NCBI GenBank assembly: GCA_902771095.1
Contig: CACXVH010000005.1
Span: forward strand, 8,085 to 72,084
Length of the DNA stretch: 64,000 bases
Direction of reading: 5' to 3'
DNA from: an uncultured Pseudomonadota bacterium
GTDB taxonomy: Bacteria > Pseudomonadota > Alphaproteobacteria > Rs-D84
Position 1 is the stretch's first letter. Each line of letters starts with the position of its first letter. A model generated the notes under the pieces. The model saw nothing but the letters and a program-made list of their open reading frames with translations. It made no database searches and was not told the origin of the DNA. The position numbers were made by a program, and so were the translations under genes. This document shows, piece by piece, positions 61,007 to 64,000 of the stretch.

Positions 61007-62292
61007 TATTTTCTCCTTTGAACTGTGTTATCATGTATAGAATATTCAACACCATCAATTCTGGTTCTTAAAAAATGTCCTGCTGGTTGTTCTATTTGGG
61101 ACAAAGGTGTTGTTTTTGCATAGTATACTTTGCCATCTATTTTGACCGCCAGGGCAGGTGTAGTTTGCTGTTTCTGGGTCAGATAAAGAACATCTTTGCC
61201 AACCAACATTTTTTTACCGCAATTATCGGAAGAAATTGTTCCTGTGGGTGATACCAATCCAGTGGGGCAAGGTTGCATAATAGGATTTGCTCCACCAACA
61301 CAATAATTATTTTCTTCGCATATTGCACAGGTATCAGAATCTTGAGGTAAATAATAACCTGGCTCACATTCAGATCCTGGCACAACTATCGGTGTTTCGG
61401 TTTCAGTAAATTTAGCATATAGAACTTTGTCTTCCGTTGAACCTGTTGCGATTTGTTCAACGGCATCGCCACTAAATTCAGCATTATAATACCAGCCAAC
61501 AAACTCCATACCTTCTGGGGCAGATGGCGTTGGTAATGTTATTGTTTCACTTTCGATGGTGTATGTTGTAGCAACAGAATTTTCAAACTCAGTTATTGTA
61601 TTACCATCCTTGTCCTTGTAAGTAATGGTATACATTATTGGTTTGCATTCATTATCTTGTAATGTGTATCCAATTTCATCACAAGTTAATTGATCATCTG
61701 GTGAACATTGTTTTACAGATTTGTAAATTGTGGCACGCAATCCAGCAGTTTTATAGTATAACCCAATAAGAGCTGCCGAAGTATCCCCAACAGAAGCACA
61801 TATATAACCACAGGCCTGCAAAGTGCACGGTTCATTATTATCAACAGGCATTTGAATGTAATTTGCATCTATTTCCTGAAATGGTGCATCTCTTGATACT
61901 GTGAAGGGTTGCCATGCGGTAACTTTACACCAACATGTTGAACCTGTCTTTGTTGTATCAACATTTTCAGATATATGGAAAGTGTTTTCATCGCAAACCT
62001 TTTGTGAAGGCATAGGATATTGTTCTTGTAAACAATATGCATTACCTTTTATAGCAATAAAGTCACCAAAATCAAATCCGGCACTCCATTCCCCATTTGA
62101 TGAAGAAGTTGTGATACCATTCCCGTTCTGTGCAATATCACAACCCGCCCAACGCGAAAAAGGATTTGTTTGAGTTTTATATCCTGTTGAACAATTTGCG
62201 GCGGCTTGTGCCGATAATTGTATGCCAAACATCAGAGATACAAAAACACATGTTGGGATAATATTACATAAAAAGTGTAAAAATGATGACAC
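61006..62292 (-). CDS. secreted Cys-rich protein: 1 CWC module, 1 Flg_new repeat and a Cys-rich C-terminal region
   Basis: GTG 62292 follows AGGAAG. The signal-like sequence is SSFLHFLCNIIPTCVFVSLMFGIQLSAQAAA. The CWC triplet lies at 61927-61935, followed by CTLQACGYICASV and GMEFVGWYY. Confidence 0.65.
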   Translation of the reverse strand: MSSFLHFLCNIIPTCVFVSLMFGIQLSAQAAANCSTGYKTQTNPFSRWAGCDIAQNGNGITTSSSNGEWSAGFDFGDFIAIKGNAYCLQEQYPMPSQKVCDENTFHISENVDTTKTGSTCWCKVTAWQPFTVSRDAPFQEIDANYIQMPVDNNEPCTLQACGYICASVGDTSAALIGLYYKTAGLRATIYKSVKQCSPDDQLTCDEIGYTLQDNECKPIMYTITYKDKDGNTITEFENSVATTYTIESETITLPTPSAPEGMEFVGWYYNAEFSGDAVEQIATGSTEDKVLYAKFTETETPIVVPGSECEPGYYLPQDSDTCAICEENNYCVGGANPIMQPCPTGLVSPTGTISSDNCGKKMLVGKDVLYLTQKQQTTPALAVKIDGKVYYAKTTPLSQIEQPAGHFLRTRIDGVEYSIHDNTVQRRK

Positions 62293-62316
62293 TATACTTT
62301 CTCTTCCTTTGCACAC

Positions 62317-62346
62317 ATCATAAAAAAATTCGTGCGTTTGTGTCAA
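62317..62346 (-). promoter_or_regulatory. sigma70-type promoter of the 62292-60452 operon
   Basis: On the minus strand: TTGACA (62346-62341), 18 nt, TATGAT (62322-62317). The TTG that the ORF track uses as a start is this -35 box. Confidence 0.45.
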
Positions 62347-62362
62347 ATGCTTTTTACATATA

Positions 62363-62390
62363 AAAAATCGCCCCGTTTGGGGCGGTTTTT
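62363..62390 (-). terminator. rho-independent terminator after rnj
   Basis: The minus strand reads ACCGCCCC-AAAC-GGGGCGAT followed by TTTTTT. Confidence 0.6.
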
Positions 62391-64000
62391 ATTTCATCAC
62401 AAAATGAACATTGTATTGTGGTTTTTTATCTGCGCCAAGTGCCGCGCGTATAACCTTGTTCGATGCCACTTGAACCGCTTTGTGTAAGTTATCGTGATTT
62501 TTGCGTTCTGTTTTTGTTAATTTATCAATCGCATTAGTGATTTCAATTTGAATTTGACGTTTCATAAAACCTGTATCATCAGATTCAAAGATACCAGCGC
62601 TTGAAACTTCTGGAACGCCTTTCAAGAAACCTTTCTTGTCAATTGGCAATGTGACGAATATTGCGCCGTTTGATGCGATTTTCTTGCGGTTTTTGTATAC
62701 CTGGTCATCGGCACTTCGTTCTGTTTCGCCCTCCATAACAACAAATCCAGTTGGTATAGATTCGCATACATATGGTTCTTCACCATCTTTTAATGCAATC
62801 ATATCGCCATTATGAACAATCATCATATGTTTTGCACCACCGCGTTCCATTGCCATTTTTCCATTTAACATTTCAGATATATATTCCCCGTGCATTGGGA
62901 TAGAAACCTGGGGATGGACCATGTCATAGAATTTTTCGAATTCAGGGCGACCCGCGTGTCCGCTTGCGTGAATGTGATCTGTATCAAATATAGTATATGT
63001 TTTGATACCCATGCGTGCCAATTTGTTATAAAGATAAGAAACATCTTGTTCGCGACCAGGAATAATAATTGCGCTGAACACCACAGTATCAGTTGGTAAT
63101 AGTTTTAATTCTTTGACATGGCCGTTGCAAAGACGCGTCAACATAGCATACTTTTCGCCCTGGGAACCAGTTAAAAATACCGCTTGTTTTTCTGCAGGCA
63201 AATCTTTGATTTCTTCAAATGTTAAAACATCATTTTGGTTAAGGTATCCATATTCGATACCAATTTCACGGAATTCAGGAAGCCCGACATAAGGCACAGG
63301 ATTTGGATTGCTGCGTTCTTTAATTGCGGCAACTCGTCCCGCGGCATGTGCTGCCTCAGCGAACATCTTGATGCGCGCTAAACTTCTAGAATAACCGGTC
63401 ACAAATACACGTCCTGGGGCTTTTTTCATGACTTCAGTCAGCGCATCACGAACCTGAATCTCTGTTGTTTGTGGTGTCTGTCTTTCAGATGATGTAGAAT
63501 CACAAACGCAAGCCAAAAGGGCAGGGTCAGAACCGATTTCCTTTAATCTTGCATAATCTGTTCCTGGTTCTATCGGGTTATCATCATTAAAAGTCCAATC
63601 CCCAGTGTGTAAAATTTTCCCCGCTGGTGTTTTTATGATTAACATTTGTGCCTCTGGAATAGAGTGGGAAACATGAAAAGTTTCAACAACAAATGGATCC
63701 AGATTTAATTCAGTACCCGCCGCATCAAATTCAATAATATCTTTTTCTGGATTATAATCCATTTCCAAGCCATCGAATGTTCTTCGCAAAATTTCCGCAG
63801 GAAAACGCGTGCAATAGATTGGTTTCCTAAACTTTGGCCAAATGTATTTTAATGCGCCAATATGGTCTTCGTGACCATGTGTCATAACAAAGGCAACGAC
63901 ATCTTTTTTATGCTTTTCAAGCCAAGTTGTATCACAGTATTGAACATCGCCAGCACCGATTTCTTCTTCCAAGAAACCCATACCACAATCAACAATTAAA
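62389..64000 (-). CDS. rnj: ribonuclease J (5' end outside the window)
   Basis: Metallo-beta-lactamase THGHEDHIGAL, beta-CASP region and ASGHAGR. The frame stays open to position 64000 (...LIVDCGMGF...). Confidence 0.85.
   Translation of the reverse strand, partial: LIVDCGMGFLEEEIGAGDVQYCDTTWLEKHKKDVVAFVMTHGHEDHIGALKYIWPKFRKPIYCTRFPAEILRRTFDGLEMDYNPEKDIIEFDAAGTELNLDPFVVETFHVSHSIPEAQMLIIKTPAGKILHTGDWTFNDDNPIEPGTDYARLKEIGSDPALLACVCDSTSSERQTPQTTEIQVRDALTEVMKKAPGRVFVTGYSRSLARIKMFAEAAHAAGRVAAIKERSNPNPVPYVGLPEFREIGIEYGYLNQNDVLTFEEIKDLPAEKQAVFLTGSQGEKYAMLTRLCNGHVKELKLLPTDTVVFSAIIIPGREQDVSYLYNKLARMGIKTYTIFDTDHIHASGHAGRPEFEKFYDMVHPQVSIPMHGEYISEMLNGKMAMERGGAKHMMIVHNGDMIALKDGEEPYVCESIPTGFVVMEGETERSADDQVYKNRKKIASNGAIFVTLPIDKKGFLKGVPEVSSAGIFESDDTGFMKRQIQIEITNAIDKLTKTERKNHDNLHKAVQVASNKVIRAALGADKKPQYNVHFVMK

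Overview
This is a chromosomal window from an AT-rich Gram-negative bacterium, most likely an alphaproteobacterium. The lineage call rests on a circularly permuted two-piece tmRNA gene at about 35795-36111(-) with the tag (A)ANDNVRFAMAA, and on the frr-uppS-cdsA-rseP-bamA block. Rubrerythrin suggests an anaerobic lifestyle.

Most of the window is housekeeping: bamA, bamD, murJ, rlpA, a PBP1A-family protein, RNase E/G, RNase J, obg, era, queA, tgt, lysS, trpS, rpsD, guaC, guaD, tsaB, rimI and xerC/D. There are four tRNAs: Ala-GGC, His-GTG, Met/Ile-CAT and Gly-GCC.

Accessory and unusual content:
1. Positions 1-7645 hold a truncated podovirus-like prophage. Its large-terminase gene is split into an ATPase half and a nuclease half by a tightly packed antisense cassette of a hypothetical gene, a CI/XRE repressor and dnaB.
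2. Four paralogous secreted proteins carry seven copies of a cysteine-rich CWC module that I cannot assign to a named domain. The module is fused to Listeria-Bacteroides (Flg_new) repeats and, in one 1224-aa protein, to BspA-type LRRs.
3. Two of these genes carry the same 5' switch cassette: a conserved 20-mer, an (AC)13-14 tract and gtaatct. One copy is in frame and the other is frameshifted. I read this as a dinucleotide-repeat phase-variation system, preceded by a conserved GC-rich hairpin element.
4. ligA carries a patch of about 146 bp at roughly 68% G+C with an in-frame TAG, replacing the core of its adenylation domain.
5. There is a LonA-like gene with no protease domain.
6. A divergent RelA/SpoT-fold protein is coupled to lysS.
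7. A tRNA-His 3'-end duplication with an inverted tRNA-like fragment sits downstream of tRNA-His.

I found no CRISPR array and no rRNA. All functional calls come from reading the translations and motifs by eye; no database search was possible.
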